A stretch of DNA of 64,000 bases from Candidatus Chewarchaeum aethiopicum (GTDB lineage: Archaea > Halobacteriota > Halobacteria > Halobacteriales > Hikarchaeaceae): the NCBI GenBank assembly GCA_034190395.1, contig JAXINS010000022.1:42260-106259 (forward strand), written 5' to 3'. This document shows positions 9,212 to 18,961 of this stretch, piece by piece. The translations under genes were made by a program, and so were the position numbers. The notes beneath the pieces are model-generated. The model saw only the letters and a program-made list of their open reading frames with translations, searched no databases and was not told the DNA's origin. The number at the start of each line of letters is the position of its first letter. Positions within the stretch are counted from its first letter, which is position 1.

Positions 9212-9405
9212 GGAAATCGGGGGAGGGGTGGGAGGGGGATTCCGGGGAGACAGCGCGAGAAGATCTAACTGCCGTCCCCACGCGAGGGCTCAGCCGAAGC
9301 CTAAAAATAAGTTTCTCTTTTCGCTCGACGGCTGTTACACCTCGACGCCCTCGGGTGTCGATCGGTGTCGGTAGGCTTAACGCCTGCTCGGGTCACCCTC
9401 TTGAT

Positions 9406-10428
9406 GTGCGTGTCCTCAACTATCTGGAACTCGAGGACCAGCTCCAGCGCGCCGGCCATGGGACGGCCGTCGCACAGCAACGGCGCGCGCTCGCCCGGAC
9501 GGATGCGGACATCGATCTCCTGACCTCACCCTGGGGAACGGGTGGAATCCGGTCGTTCGATCTCGCCCATCTCAACATGTTCGGTCCGGGTTCGATCGCC
9601 GTCGCCCGGACTGCCAAACGCCGCGGGCGACCGCTCGTCTGTCACGCCCACACGACCAGCGAGGACTTCCGCGATAGCTTTCGGGGCTCGAACTACCTCG
9701 CGAAGCCACTCCGGCGGTATCTCCGGTGGTTTTACTCACAGGCCGATCTCGTGCTCTGTCCGAGCGAGCATACGCGCTCGCTGTTGGCCGACTATCCGAT
9801 CGACGCGCCGATCGTTCCGATCACCAACGGCGTCGATCACGACTCCCTTAACGACCACGACGAACTCCGGACGACGTATCGCGAACGCTACGATCTCTCG
9901 GGCATGGTCGTCTTCTCGGTCGGCAACGTCTTCGAACGCAAGGGGCTATCGACGTTCTGTCGAGTGGCTCAGGCCACGACGTACGATTTCGCCTGGTTTG
10001 GCACCTACGAGACCGGACCGTTTGCCAGCCCGACGGTTCGCCGATGGGTTCGCAATCCCCCCGATAACGTCACCTTCACCGGGTGGGTCGAGGAAAAGGC
10101 CGGCATGTTCGGCGCCGGCGATGTCCTCCTGTTTCCGGCCAAGGAGGAAAACCAGGGCCTCGCGGTGCTTGAGGCGATGGCGTGTGGCAAGGCGGTCGTG
10201 CTCTCGGATATCCCCGTCTTCGAGGAGTATTACGAGGACGGCCACGACTGTCTTATCTGTTCGAGCGAGCCGGAGTATCGCGAAGCGCTCGATCGATTGG
10301 CCGACGATCCGGGTCTCCGGGAACAGCTGGGCGAGAACGCCCGTGAGACGGCTGCCAACCACAGCCTCGATCGTGTCGGCGAGCGGCTGCTCGAGGCCTA
10401 CCGGCGCGCGCAACGAAGTCACAACTGA
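9406..10428 (+). CDS. Glycosyltransferase family 4
   Basis: HAHTT.EDF..SF, NGVD, RKG and E.QG..VLEAMACG motifs; GTG start inferred. Confidence 0.88.
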   Translation: MRVLNYLELEDQLQRAGHGTAVAQQRRALARTDADIDLLTSPWGTGGIRSFDLAHLNMFGPGSIAVARTAKRRGRPLVCHAHTTSEDFRDSFRGSNYLAKPLRRYLRWFYSQADLVLCPSEHTRSLLADYPIDAPIVPITNGVDHDSLNDHDELRTTYRERYDLSGMVVFSVGNVFERKGLSTFCRVAQATTYDFAWFGTYETGPFASPTVRRWVRNPPDNVTFTGWVEEKAGMFGAGDVLLFPAKEENQGLAVLEAMACGKAVVLSDIPVFEEYYEDGHDCLICSSEPEYREALDRLADDPGLREQLGENARETAANHSLDRVGERLLEAYRRAQRSHN

Positions 10429-10457
10429 TTAACGACCACTCGGGATACACTCCGCTA

Positions 10458-11561
10458 ATGGAGTCCGTCGCGGCGTTCACCGACACCTATCTTCCGACGA
10501 TCAACGGTGTCAGCTACACCGTCCGGGCCTGGCGTGATCGGTGGATCGACCGCGGTGGCCGTATGCCGATCGTCTATCCACGGGCCGATGGCCATCGTCC
10601 GACCGACGGGGAACACCCCGTCAGGAGCCTCCCGTTTCCGTTCTACGAGGGGTATCGTCTCGCGCTCCCGTCGATCCCGGACGACCTTACCCAGCTGGAT
10701 GTCATCCACGCCCATACGCCCTTTTCGCTGGGAATCGCGGCCGTTCGACTGGCCCGTCGCAAGGGATTGCCCGTGGTCGCATCCTATCACACCCCGACCA
10801 GCGAGTACACCGACTACCTCGCTCCGACCGATCGGTTGTCGTCGCTTCTCCAGCGAACGACCGAAGCCTACGAACGGTGGTTCTTCGACCGGGTCGATGT
10901 GGTACTCGCCCCAAGCGAGGCGACACGAACCCACCTGAGTCAGACGGTCGGTGTCGACACCCCCGTCGAAGTCCTCACCAACGGCGTCGAGACCGAACAC
11001 TTCCGCCCGGTCGATCCGGCCGCCTTTCTGGCCCGCAACGGTATCGACGCCGATCGGCCGTTGATCGGCTACACTGGCCGCCACGGCTACGAGAAGTGCC
11101 TCGAAGAAATCATCGAGGCCACGGCTCCCCTCGATGTGACGGTGCTGTTCGGCGGTGACGGCCCCGCCCGCGATGAGCTGGAAGCACACGCCCGTGACTC
11201 GGCCGTCGATGCCCGATTTCTCGGCTTTCTGGATCGTGAGGAACTGCCGGCGTTTTACTCCGCCCTCGATGTCTTTGCCTTCCCAAGCCCCGTCGAAACC
11301 CAGGGGCTGGTCGCCCTCGAGGCCAACGCCTGTGGGACACCCGTCGTCGGTGTCGACAGCGGGGCTCTCGGGGAAACCATCGACGATGGCGTGACTGGTT
11401 ATCACTTCCCGCCCGACGATACCGAGGCGTTCCGGGCCGGTCTTCAGCGGGCGCTTGCGAACCAGGAGACACTCCGCGAGGCGTGTTTAGACCGACGCGA
11501 ATCGATCAGCGTTGCCCGGTCGATCGATCGATTGGAGACCGTCTACGCCGACGTTCAGTAA
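10458..11561 (+). CDS. Glycosyltransferase family 4 (monoglucosyl-lipid synthase-like)
   Basis: FTDTYLP.INGV, H.HTPF, YHT, GR...EK and ETQGLV.LEA motifs. Confidence 0.9.
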   Translation: MESVAAFTDTYLPTINGVSYTVRAWRDRWIDRGGRMPIVYPRADGHRPTDGEHPVRSLPFPFYEGYRLALPSIPDDLTQLDVIHAHTPFSLGIAAVRLARRKGLPVVASYHTPTSEYTDYLAPTDRLSSLLQRTTEAYERWFFDRVDVVLAPSEATRTHLSQTVGVDTPVEVLTNGVETEHFRPVDPAAFLARNGIDADRPLIGYTGRHGYEKCLEEIIEATAPLDVTVLFGGDGPARDELEAHARDSAVDARFLGFLDREELPAFYSALDVFAFPSPVETQGLVALEANACGTPVVGVDSGALGETIDDGVTGYHFPPDDTEAFRAGLQRALANQETLREACLDRRESISVARSIDRLETVYADVQ

Positions 11562-12005
11562 TCAGTCGTCCTCGAGGGCGTCGGCGATCCGGCGGAGTTC
11601 GCGGGTCGCATCGCGAACCTCATCGCGGAGCCGTTCGATTTCCCGAGCGACACGTTCGCTGTCACCGCCGCCGCCGGCTTCCTGGCCGCGGCCGCCGCCC
11701 ATGCCGCCGGGACCGCCTGCTCCACCGGGACCGCCACCCATCATGCCGCCCATCATCTGGGCGAACGGGTTGCCGCCCATACCGCCGGGCCCGCCACCGC
11801 CCATCATCTCCTCCATACGCTCGCGTCGGGAGCCTTCTTCGCCTTCGCCCTCGCCCTCACCTTCGGATCGCTGTTCTCGGAGTTCCTCGACGCGTTCGCG
11901 GAAGGACTGACTGTCGTCGCCGTCTCCGGCGTCCCCGGCGTCGCCGGACTCGCCCTCGTTGCTCTCGGCCGCTTCGTCGTTTGTTTCGGGATCGTCGTCT
12001 GCCAT
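11562..12005 (-). CDS. Hypothetical acidic, Gly/Met-rich protein with a C-terminal coiled coil
   Basis: Strong codon bias; GGNPFAQMMGGMMGG repeat; EIERLRDEVRDATREL. Confidence 0.7.
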   Translation of the reverse strand: MADDDPETNDEAAESNEGESGDAGDAGDGDDSQSFRERVEELREQRSEGEGEGEGEEGSRRERMEEMMGGGGPGGMGGNPFAQMMGGMMGGGPGGAGGPGGMGGGRGQEAGGGGDSERVAREIERLRDEVRDATRELRRIADALEDD

Positions 12006-12067
12006 AGGCCGGCGTTTGGCGGCCGACCCGAAAAGGATTGGCTTCTCTGCTCCCTCTGGCCGGCCCG

Positions 12068-12865
12068 TCACCCAAACGAACCAAGGCTTGACTGGAGCTC
12101 ACGGCCGGTCGGTTCTGGGGTGATCTCGTAACCAACCAGATCCCGGAGATCAACGGCGTAGGTGGTGTCGGCGTACTCAAGGACCAGCAGTCGACCCTGG
12201 TGACCGATGACCGTCCCGGTCGCAATCGTCTCAGCCACCGGCTGATCGTTGAGTTCTAGCCCGTAATCGAACACGAACGTCGCGATCGGCTCCTCCGCCG
12301 AGAGCGCCCGTGTCCACGTCCTTGCATCGACGGTTTGGTTGAGTCCCTGGATCTTTTGCCGGGTGGGTACCCGATCCGGGAAGTCCGCAGTCAGCTCGGC
12401 TTCCAGCTGACGGGCGATCCGACCGTTCGAAACTGTCGCGATATGGGCCGCACGATCGGCCCCCTGTTCACGCAGCCGCGTCCCCAGCCGCCAGAGGCGA
12501 GTCACGCCGACTTTCACCGTCGTCGGGGCAAACCCCGCCAGATAGACGGCGTGTTCCTCCCGACAACTCTCCAAGGGGAGTTCACAATCGCCGGTACAGC
12601 GGGCACAGGGCCAGGTGTCGGTGTGGGCGTCACAGTACGGGGCGCTGTCGTTCTGACAGGCGGTGTGACCATCGTCGTGGCGGGTCCCCGCACAGTGACG
12701 ATCCCCGAGCGTGTAGGCGAGTTCCGTTCCGGGGGCGAGGGGAACCGTCTCGATGTCGTCGCCGTCGGCGATCACCAGCGTTGCTGGTCCCGGCTCGCCG
12801 CTGATCCCCTCAAAGGGATCGTACGTGAGATCCCGTGCGCCTGTCCCGTACCCGACGATCTGCAC
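12068..12865 (-). CDS. DUF2797 domain protein
   Basis: Cys clusters plus H.VYLA...KVGVT....RL.EQGA. Confidence 0.8.
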   Translation of the reverse strand: MQIVGYGTGARDLTYDPFEGISGEPGPATLVIADGDDIETVPLAPGTELAYTLGDRHCAGTRHDDGHTACQNDSAPYCDAHTDTWPCARCTGDCELPLESCREEHAVYLAGFAPTTVKVGVTRLWRLGTRLREQGADRAAHIATVSNGRIARQLEAELTADFPDRVPTRQKIQGLNQTVDARTWTRALSAEEPIATFVFDYGLELNDQPVAETIATGTVIGHQGRLLVLEYADTTYAVDLRDLVGYEITPEPTGRELQSSLGSFG

Positions 12866-13038
12866 GCTGACCGGTAGTCGGGTACCGGATAAAGGAATGA
12901 CGCTCCAGCTGAACCGCCATAGGGTCGCCCGCGGCTTGCCAACACCACGAAGTCGGCCTGCCGTGATAGCCCTCGGTATCAGCCGTTCATGCCGGCCACC
13001 GGGCGAAAACCCAAGATGTTCGCGGTCAAACAGTTCAT

Positions 13039-13371
13039 ATGGACATCGCCGGTACCCTTCATGTGACGACCCGGGACGGCGAGGTCGATTTCGCGTTTAC
13101 CGTGTCCAACGAGAGCACCGAGATCGTCGAACTCGATTTCACGACCGGATTTATCGCCGACTTCGCGGTGTTTGCCGACGATACCGAGGTGTGGCGATGG
13201 AGCGACGATCGACTGTTCACGCAGGAACTCACCACCGAGACGCTCGAGCCAGGCGAATCGTTCCAGGAAACCGCCCTCTGGATCGATCCCGACCCCGGTG
13301 ATTATCGGGCCGTCGCGGAGTTACAGACCCGTACCTACGATCTCACTGCCGAGGACACGTTCGTGGTATGA
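13039..13371 (+). CDS. BsuPI-related putative proteinase inhibitor (Ig-like)
   Basis: L.F..G...DF, VWRWS...FTQ and L.PGES motifs. Confidence 0.8.
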   Translation: MDIAGTLHVTTRDGEVDFAFTVSNESTEIVELDFTTGFIADFAVFADDTEVWRWSDDRLFTQELTTETLEPGESFQETALWIDPDPGDYRAVAELQTRTYDLTAEDTFVV

Positions 13372-13385
13372 CCGAAACAATCCCC

Positions 13386-13904
13386 TCAGTTCTGATAGAC
13401 GGCGAGGACGATTCCGGCCGTCTGGCCGATCCCGACTAACGCCAGCCCCGCGACCCGCACCGTCAGTCCATCCGCGATAACCGGTCCCGCGAAATAGCTG
13501 ATGCCGCCGAGCAGGCTCAAGGCGGCGCCGATATGATAGACCATCGGCGAGTGGGCCGGATGGACGCTCCGACCGGTATAGAAGAGTCCGACGGCGGGCA
13601 GGACCATCCAAGCCCCGATCGCGAGCCCGAGCAACGGTTCGGTCATCGGTGTCTGTGCGAGCCCAACGGTCCCACCGAGGGTAAACACCAATCCGAGCAC
13701 CAATATCCGCCGCCACACCCGCAGGACACCGGCGTCCATGTCCTTCCAGCCGGTCACGGCAAAAACGAAGAGGACGACGTCCATGACGAGATGGGCGATC
13801 AACAGCGGTCGGAGGGCCACGACATCGAGGTGGACGGCGGTGACGAGCGACCACGCGGCCGGCACGAGCGCGGCCGGTGCCGTTTCACGAAACCGGCGAA
13901 GCAT
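13386..13904 (-). CDS. Membrane protein
   Basis: About six hydrophobic segments; VP.AW, AHLVM and GQTAGI motifs. Confidence 0.7.
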   Translation of the reverse strand: MLRRFRETAPAALVPAAWSLVTAVHLDVVALRPLLIAHLVMDVVLFVFAVTGWKDMDAGVLRVWRRILVLGLVFTLGGTVGLAQTPMTEPLLGLAIGAWMVLPAVGLFYTGRSVHPAHSPMVYHIGAALSLLGGISYFAGPVIADGLTVRVAGLALVGIGQTAGIVLAVYQN

Positions 13905-13994
13905 GCGCGAAGTCTCACCGCCGATGCCCAAGAGCGTATTCCTCTCGACTTCGATCTGGCACGATGCCGGGCCGCGGACGCGGGTTTGTCCCGA

Positions 13995-14924
13995 TCAGGT
14001 CCGTTCGGCGACGAGTTCCTGGGTGGCCTGTCTGACCGCCTGATCGCTCGATAACGACGGCTCGAATCCCAGCGCCGACAGCTTCTCGATCGACAGGCGC
14101 ATCCGCGGCACGTCGCCGACCCAGCCGCGGTCGCCGCCGGTGAACTCGTAGGTCGGATCGAGCCCCATCGTCTCGGCGACGATGTCGGCGATCCGGGTGA
14201 CCGATGTCGTCGTCGGGGTCCCGAGGTTGTAGACGTTAAACGGCGCGTCGGCACTCCGAACGACGTGACACATCGCCTCGACACAGTCAGTGACATGCAT
14301 GTAGGATTTTTCCTGGCGGCCGTCCCCGAGGATGGTGAGCGTCTCGGGATCGTCCCTGAGTTTTTCGATGAAGTCGACGATCACTGCCCCGGGCTGGAGT
14401 CGCGGCCCGACGATGTTCGCAAAGCGAAACGCCCAGGTCTGGATGCCGTGGCTGTGGGCGTACACCGACAGCAACGACTCCTCGGCGACCTTGCTCGCGC
14501 CATAGACGCTGATCGGTTCGAGGACGTGATCCTCCGGGGTCGGCATGGCCGCCTCGCCGTACACCGTCGAGGAGGAGGTAAACGCCAGCCGGTCGACGCC
14601 GACGGCATCCATGCGCTCGACGACGCGTTCGGTGAGGCGGTTGTTGAGCCGGAACTGGGCGATGTCGTCACGATCAGCGGCCTTATCCGCCGCACAGTGA
14701 AAGACGAGGTCGAGCTCCCCGGTGATCGCCGTCTCGGCGGTTGCTGCGTCGGTCAGATCGCCTTCGATAAGCGTCGCCGCCTCGGGCACCCAGTCGGCGG
14801 CGCCGTTCGAGAGATCGTCGACGACACGAACGGTGGCTCCCGAATCGACGAGTCGGTCGGCGAGATGGGCGCCGATGAACCCGGCGCCACCCGTAATCAA
14901 CACGTGGCTTCCGGCGAACTCCAT
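13995..14924 (-). CDS. NAD-dependent epimerase/dehydratase (UDP-glucose 4-epimerase-like)
   Basis: TGGAGFIG, SSSTVYG, YGASK and GDG.Q.KSY motifs; real start MEFAG at 14924. Confidence 0.92.
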   Translation of the reverse strand: MEFAGSHVLITGGAGFIGAHLADRLVDSGATVRVVDDLSNGAADWVPEAATLIEGDLTDAATAETAITGELDLVFHCAADKAADRDDIAQFRLNNRLTERVVERMDAVGVDRLAFTSSSTVYGEAAMPTPEDHVLEPISVYGASKVAEESLLSVYAHSHGIQTWAFRFANIVGPRLQPGAVIVDFIEKLRDDPETLTILGDGRQEKSYMHVTDCVEAMCHVVRSADAPFNVYNLGTPTTTSVTRIADIVAETMGLDPTYEFTGGDRGWVGDVPRMRLSIEKLSALGFEPSLSSDQAVRQATQELVAERT

Positions 14925-15071
14925 ACTTCGGATGGGCCGACCGGCCCCAAGTTCGTTCCGATCCGTCCGGGTCGGGCATCTCCACACCGAGCACTCGTTG
15001 TCGTCACTCGGGCACCGGGCCGCCGCCGTGGATCCGAAATCCCCTAACCGTTCCCCACGTAGGCTCGGAGC

Positions 15072-15608
15072 ATGCAGAATGAACCGGCGGTCGCGGTGCT
15101 CCGGCTCGGCCACCGCCCTGGCCGCGACGAGCGGATGACGACCCACGTCGCGTTGACCGCCCGGGCGTTGGGGGCCGACCGGGTGATCTTGCCGGCGAAG
15201 GCAGCCGACGCCGCATCGACCGCCCGGGACGTCACCGAGCGATTCGGTGGACCGTTCACGATCGACCGGACAGCGGATCCATTGGATATCATCCGGGACT
15301 GGTCGGATGCCATCGTCCATCTGACGATGTATGGGCAACCAATCCAGAACGTTGTCGGCCCGATCCGGGCCACGCACGAATCGACACCGCTGTTGGTCGT
15401 CGTCGGTGGCGGCAAGGTCCCCTTCGAGGTCTACGAACGGGCCGACTGGAACGTCGGGGTGACCAACCAACCGCATTCGGAGGTGGCGGCGCTTGCGGTC
15501 TTTCTCGACCGGCTTTTCGATGGACGTGAACTCGATCGTGACTGGGAGAACGCCGATCGGTACGTGGTGCCCCAGGCCGCCGGCAAGCGGGTCGAATCGA
15601 CCGAGTGA
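15072..15608 (+). CDS. trm56: tRNA (cytidine(56)-2'-O)-methyltransferase
   Basis: LRLGHR..RD.R.TTHV.LTARA.GA, VHLTMYG and NQPHSEVAALA motifs. Confidence 0.95.
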   Translation: MQNEPAVAVLRLGHRPGRDERMTTHVALTARALGADRVILPAKAADAASTARDVTERFGGPFTIDRTADPLDIIRDWSDAIVHLTMYGQPIQNVVGPIRATHESTPLLVVVGGGKVPFEVYERADWNVGVTNQPHSEVAALAVFLDRLFDGRELDRDWENADRYVVPQAAGKRVESTE

Positions 15609-15644
15609 CAAGGCTTAAACGCGGTCCAGACCCTATTCCAGGTA

Positions 15645-16184
15645 ATGGCTTTTGAGGAACTGCTCGAGGATCCGGTCATTCAGAAATATCTCCACGAGCT
15701 TGTCGGGCCGCGAGGCATGCCGGTCGCCGCCGCCCCCCCTGACGGCGAGGTGACCGACGAGGAACTCGCCGAAGAGCTGGACCTCGAACTCAATGATGTC
15801 CGGCGCTCGTTGTTCATCCTCTATGAGAACGATCTCGCGAGTTATCGCCGGGTGCGCGACGAGGATTCGGGCTGGTTGACCTATCTCTGGACGTTTCACT
15901 ACGAACACATCCCCGAGAACCTCGAAGAGGAGATGTATCGATTGCTCGAGGCCTTAGAGGAACGCCGTGAGTACGAACAGACCCACGAATTCTACCTCTG
16001 TGAGGTCTGTTCGATCCGGTTCGAGTTCGGCGAGGCCATGGATGTCGGCTTCGAATGTCCCGAATGTGGCTCCGCGCTCGAATCGATGGAAAACACGCAC
16101 CTGGTCGATGCGATGGACGAACGCCTTGCATCGTTGCGAGACGAGCTCGATCTCGAGGAACGACCGGCTACCCACCTCGGGTAG
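15645..16184 (+). CDS. tfe: Transcription factor E (TFE alpha)
   Basis: TDEELAE...LN.VRR.L..LYE, R.RD..SGWLTYLW, zinc ribbon C..C...CPECG; TTAAA box at about 15615. Confidence 0.95.
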   Translation: MAFEELLEDPVIQKYLHELVGPRGMPVAAAPPDGEVTDEELAEELDLELNDVRRSLFILYENDLASYRRVRDEDSGWLTYLWTFHYEHIPENLEEEMYRLLEALEERREYEQTHEFYLCEVCSIRFEFGEAMDVGFECPECGSALESMENTHLVDAMDERLASLRDELDLEERPATHLG

Positions 16185-16196
16185 GCGACGCCACCA

Positions 16197-16868
16197 ATGG
16201 TTGTACTTGGAACGAAGATCTACGTCGAGGGCGACGCTCGTGAGCGAGCCCTCGATTCGTTGCGGTCGATCGTCGCCGACCGTATCGGCGAGCTAGCGGT
16301 CGAGTATACGGTTGGCCTCCGTCACGACGGCTTCCCGTCGGTCACCGTCGAGGGGGCCGATGCCGTCGCCGCCCGCAACCTCCTCGCCGAGGAATGGGGG
16401 ACGATCCGGCCCGACCTTGACGCCGATGCCATCCACGTCGGAACCCTCGAATCCTGGGATGCCGACGGATTCACGCTGGATGCTGGCCAGCCCGTGGAGC
16501 TGCCGACCGAAGGGCTCGGGCTGGGGCCGGGCGATCCGGCCCAGATCAGGGATCGCTTCGGGTTGGTCCAACACCTGCCGCTTCGATTTACGTTTGGCGA
16601 CGACGAGGGACTGCGACTCACCGACGCCCAACGTGACCGCTTGTACGACTGGACCCGGGGCGCTGGCCGGGTCAACGTCAACAGTGCGACCCGGAGCGAG
16701 GTCCGCGCGACGGTCAATCGCGCCGGTCACGCTCAAGACATCGTCAGTGTCGAGCGGTTAGGGTTGCTCGAACAGAGTATCGTCTGTGCGGAGGGTACCG
16801 ATCCGCCGGGCCTGCTGGCCGACATCGGGCCCCACCTCCCCTCGGAACTGAAATGCGTGATCCCGTGA
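16197..16868 (+). CDS. DUF2110 family protein
   Basis: Usual position after tfe; FGL..HLP and ERLGLLE...C...TD.PG motifs. Confidence 0.8.
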   Translation: MVVLGTKIYVEGDARERALDSLRSIVADRIGELAVEYTVGLRHDGFPSVTVEGADAVAARNLLAEEWGTIRPDLDADAIHVGTLESWDADGFTLDAGQPVELPTEGLGLGPGDPAQIRDRFGLVQHLPLRFTFGDDEGLRLTDAQRDRLYDWTRGAGRVNVNSATRSEVRATVNRAGHAQDIVSVERLGLLEQSIVCAEGTDPPGLLADIGPHLPSELKCVIP

Positions 16869-16896
16869 CCTGCCCCGTCTTCGCACATCGCCGCAT

Positions 16897-17634
16897 ATGA
16901 CCGAACGATCCTCCCGACGCCGTCTGCTCGCCGCCTTCGGGCTCGTCGCCCTCATGGTGACCGCCGGGTGTAGCGCGTTCGGGGGCGGCTCAGTTGATCA
17001 GGAAACCCTCGACGAGGAGATCACCTACGACTGGAATACGACCGCCGATGCTACGATCGAGATCGAACGCAACCGGTACAAGGCGGTTTACCGCGTCCAG
17101 AACCGATCGATCGAACTCTATCGGTTCCATCGGCTCAACAACAAACGATCGATCAACCCCGCCGGCGTGAAGTTCCGGTATCCCAACGGGACGATCGTCG
17201 GCCCCGCGGCCATGGACTTCGAGAAGACCCGGTCGACGACGACGATTACGCTGCCCGCCGAGAACGGGACCCTGGCGTTCGCGGCGCCCAAACAGGGCAA
17301 GCGCGTCCGTATCCCGGCCGTCATCGACGGCTCCTATGAGGTGATCCTCCCGCCGAACACCCTCGCGAAGTACTTCCTGCTCGGACGGATCCGTCCGGAT
17401 GGGTACGAACGGTCGGTCGTCGACAATCAGGTCCATCTCCAGTGGGAAGAAGTCCCCATCGACCGGATCGTCGTCGAGTATTATCTCCAGCGTGACCTGC
17501 TGATCCTCTCGGGGTTGGTCGCCGGCGCGATCATCGCCGCGATCGGCGGTGTCGCCTACTTCTGGTTGCAGCTCCGGGAGTTACGGTCGACACGCGAGGA
17601 CGTCGCCCTCGATGTCGACACCGGTGACGAGTGA
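16897..17634 (+). CDS. DUF5803-like membrane-anchored lipoprotein
   Basis: RRR plus hydrophobic stretch and TAGC lipobox; GSYEV.LP; C-terminal TM helix. Confidence 0.75.
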   Translation: MTERSSRRRLLAAFGLVALMVTAGCSAFGGGSVDQETLDEEITYDWNTTADATIEIERNRYKAVYRVQNRSIELYRFHRLNNKRSINPAGVKFRYPNGTIVGPAAMDFEKTRSTTTITLPAENGTLAFAAPKQGKRVRIPAVIDGSYEVILPPNTLAKYFLLGRIRPDGYERSVVDNQVHLQWEEVPIDRIVVEYYLQRDLLILSGLVAGAIIAAIGGVAYFWLQLRELRSTREDVALDVDTGDE

Positions 17635-17711
17635 CTGTCTGGTAGTTGGGCTCCGAGATCCGACGGTGGGACGACCCAACCCCTTTTGATGGCGCCCGTC
17701 GAAGGCCGGAT

Positions 17712-18461
17712 ATGCGCGTCGCGATCGTGACGGTCGGTGATGAGTTGCTCGTCGGGGACACCGTCAACACCAACGCCGCGTGGCTTGGCGAGCAGCTTAC
17801 CGATCGAGGCGCGACCGTCGAGCGTGTGATCGTGATTCCCGATCGGATCGGCGATATCGCGACCGTGGTCAACGAGGCCCGAGCGACCCATGATGCGGTC
17901 CTCGTTACCGGCGGCTTGGGGCCGACCCATGACGACGTGACGATGGAAGGGGTCGCCTCGGCGCTGGGTGTCGAGATGGCTCCCCACGAGGATGCCATCG
18001 ACTGGATCGAAAATGAATCGGACTACTCCCACGCCGATCTCGTCGACGGCACGACAGACCTTCCCGTCGGCGCTCGCATGCTCCCGAATCCGGAAGGCGT
18101 TGCACCGGGAGCCGTTCTCACCGCCGACGACGGCGTGCCGGTGTACGTCCTACCGGGGGTCCCCGACGAAATGAAGGCGATGTTCGCCCTCGTTGCCGAT
18201 GAGTTCGATGGCACGCCACGGACCCGGCGGGTCCTCTATACCGAGGAACCCGAAAGTGCGCTCATCGAGCGATTCCATACCGTCCAAGAACGGTTCGACG
18301 TGACGATCGGCAGCTATCCCGGTGAAGTCGTCCGGATTACCGTCACTAGCGGGGATGAGGCTGAAGCGACTGCCGCGGCCGAGTGGTTGATCGATCGGGT
18401 CGATACTGTCTCGCCACCGGACGAGGCCGAGCAACCGATCGATACGGACGTCGATTCCTGA
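17712..18461 (+). CDS. CinA-like / molybdopterin-binding domain protein
   Basis: VGDELL.G..VNTNA, TGGLGPTHDD.T and LPGVP.EM motifs. Confidence 0.9.
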   Translation: MRVAIVTVGDELLVGDTVNTNAAWLGEQLTDRGATVERVIVIPDRIGDIATVVNEARATHDAVLVTGGLGPTHDDVTMEGVASALGVEMAPHEDAIDWIENESDYSHADLVDGTTDLPVGARMLPNPEGVAPGAVLTADDGVPVYVLPGVPDEMKAMFALVADEFDGTPRTRRVLYTEEPESALIERFHTVQERFDVTIGSYPGEVVRITVTSGDEAEATAAAEWLIDRVDTVSPPDEAEQPIDTDVDS

Positions 18462-18505
18462 TATTCCCTGCTTGTCTGTCGTCGATACCGATGCCGTAGT
18501 GACGG

Positions 18506-18961
18506 CTACGGTTCTTCGAACTCGAAGGTCGCTGTCCCGCCCGTGACGACGATTTTGATCCGGTGTTCGCCGCTCCCTAACGAGACATCGCTGACGGTGA
18601 TCGTCGCGACCTCCCGTTCATACCACTCCGAGGAAGCGGGGAGTGTGACCGTAAGGTTCCCGATGGGCTGATGCTCACCGTCGATGAAGACGTCGATGGT
18701 TTCCGGGTCCGTCGGGAGCGTTCGTTCGCCGATATTTTTGACGTGGAACGTGACGTTGTTCGTCGTATCGTTATAGACGGACACCTGGGGATCATCGATA
18801 ATCGTAATCTCGGTCCGCATCTCGGCCGATTGTTCCTCGGCCCGTTCCTCGTAGGCCGCCATGATCTGGCTGGTCTGGTCGGTAAACGATCCCATGAACG
18901 CACCGGTCACCGCGAGGACGCCGATGAAAATGATCAGATGGGCCGCCGAGACGCTTGCCAT
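18506..18961 (-). CDS. arlG: Archaellum accessory protein ArlG/FlaG-like (stand-alone)
   Basis: MASVS..HLI.FI N-terminal TM; I.IIDDP, VKN.G, D.FIDG and G.HR.K motifs; GGAGGTG Shine-Dalgarno upstream. Confidence 0.75.
   Translation of the reverse strand: MASVSAAHLIIFIGVLAVTGAFMGSFTDQTSQIMAAYEERAEEQSAEMRTEITIIDDPQVSVYNDTTNNVTFHVKNIGERTLPTDPETIDVFIDGEHQPIGNLTVTLPASSEWYEREVATITVSDVSLGSGEHRIKIVVTGGTATFEFEEP

Noticed and set aside
14925-15611. Apparent N-terminal extension making a 538-aa epimerase
   Set aside because: It is antisense to trm56; the Rossmann motif starts right after Met at 14924, so it is not a real fusion.
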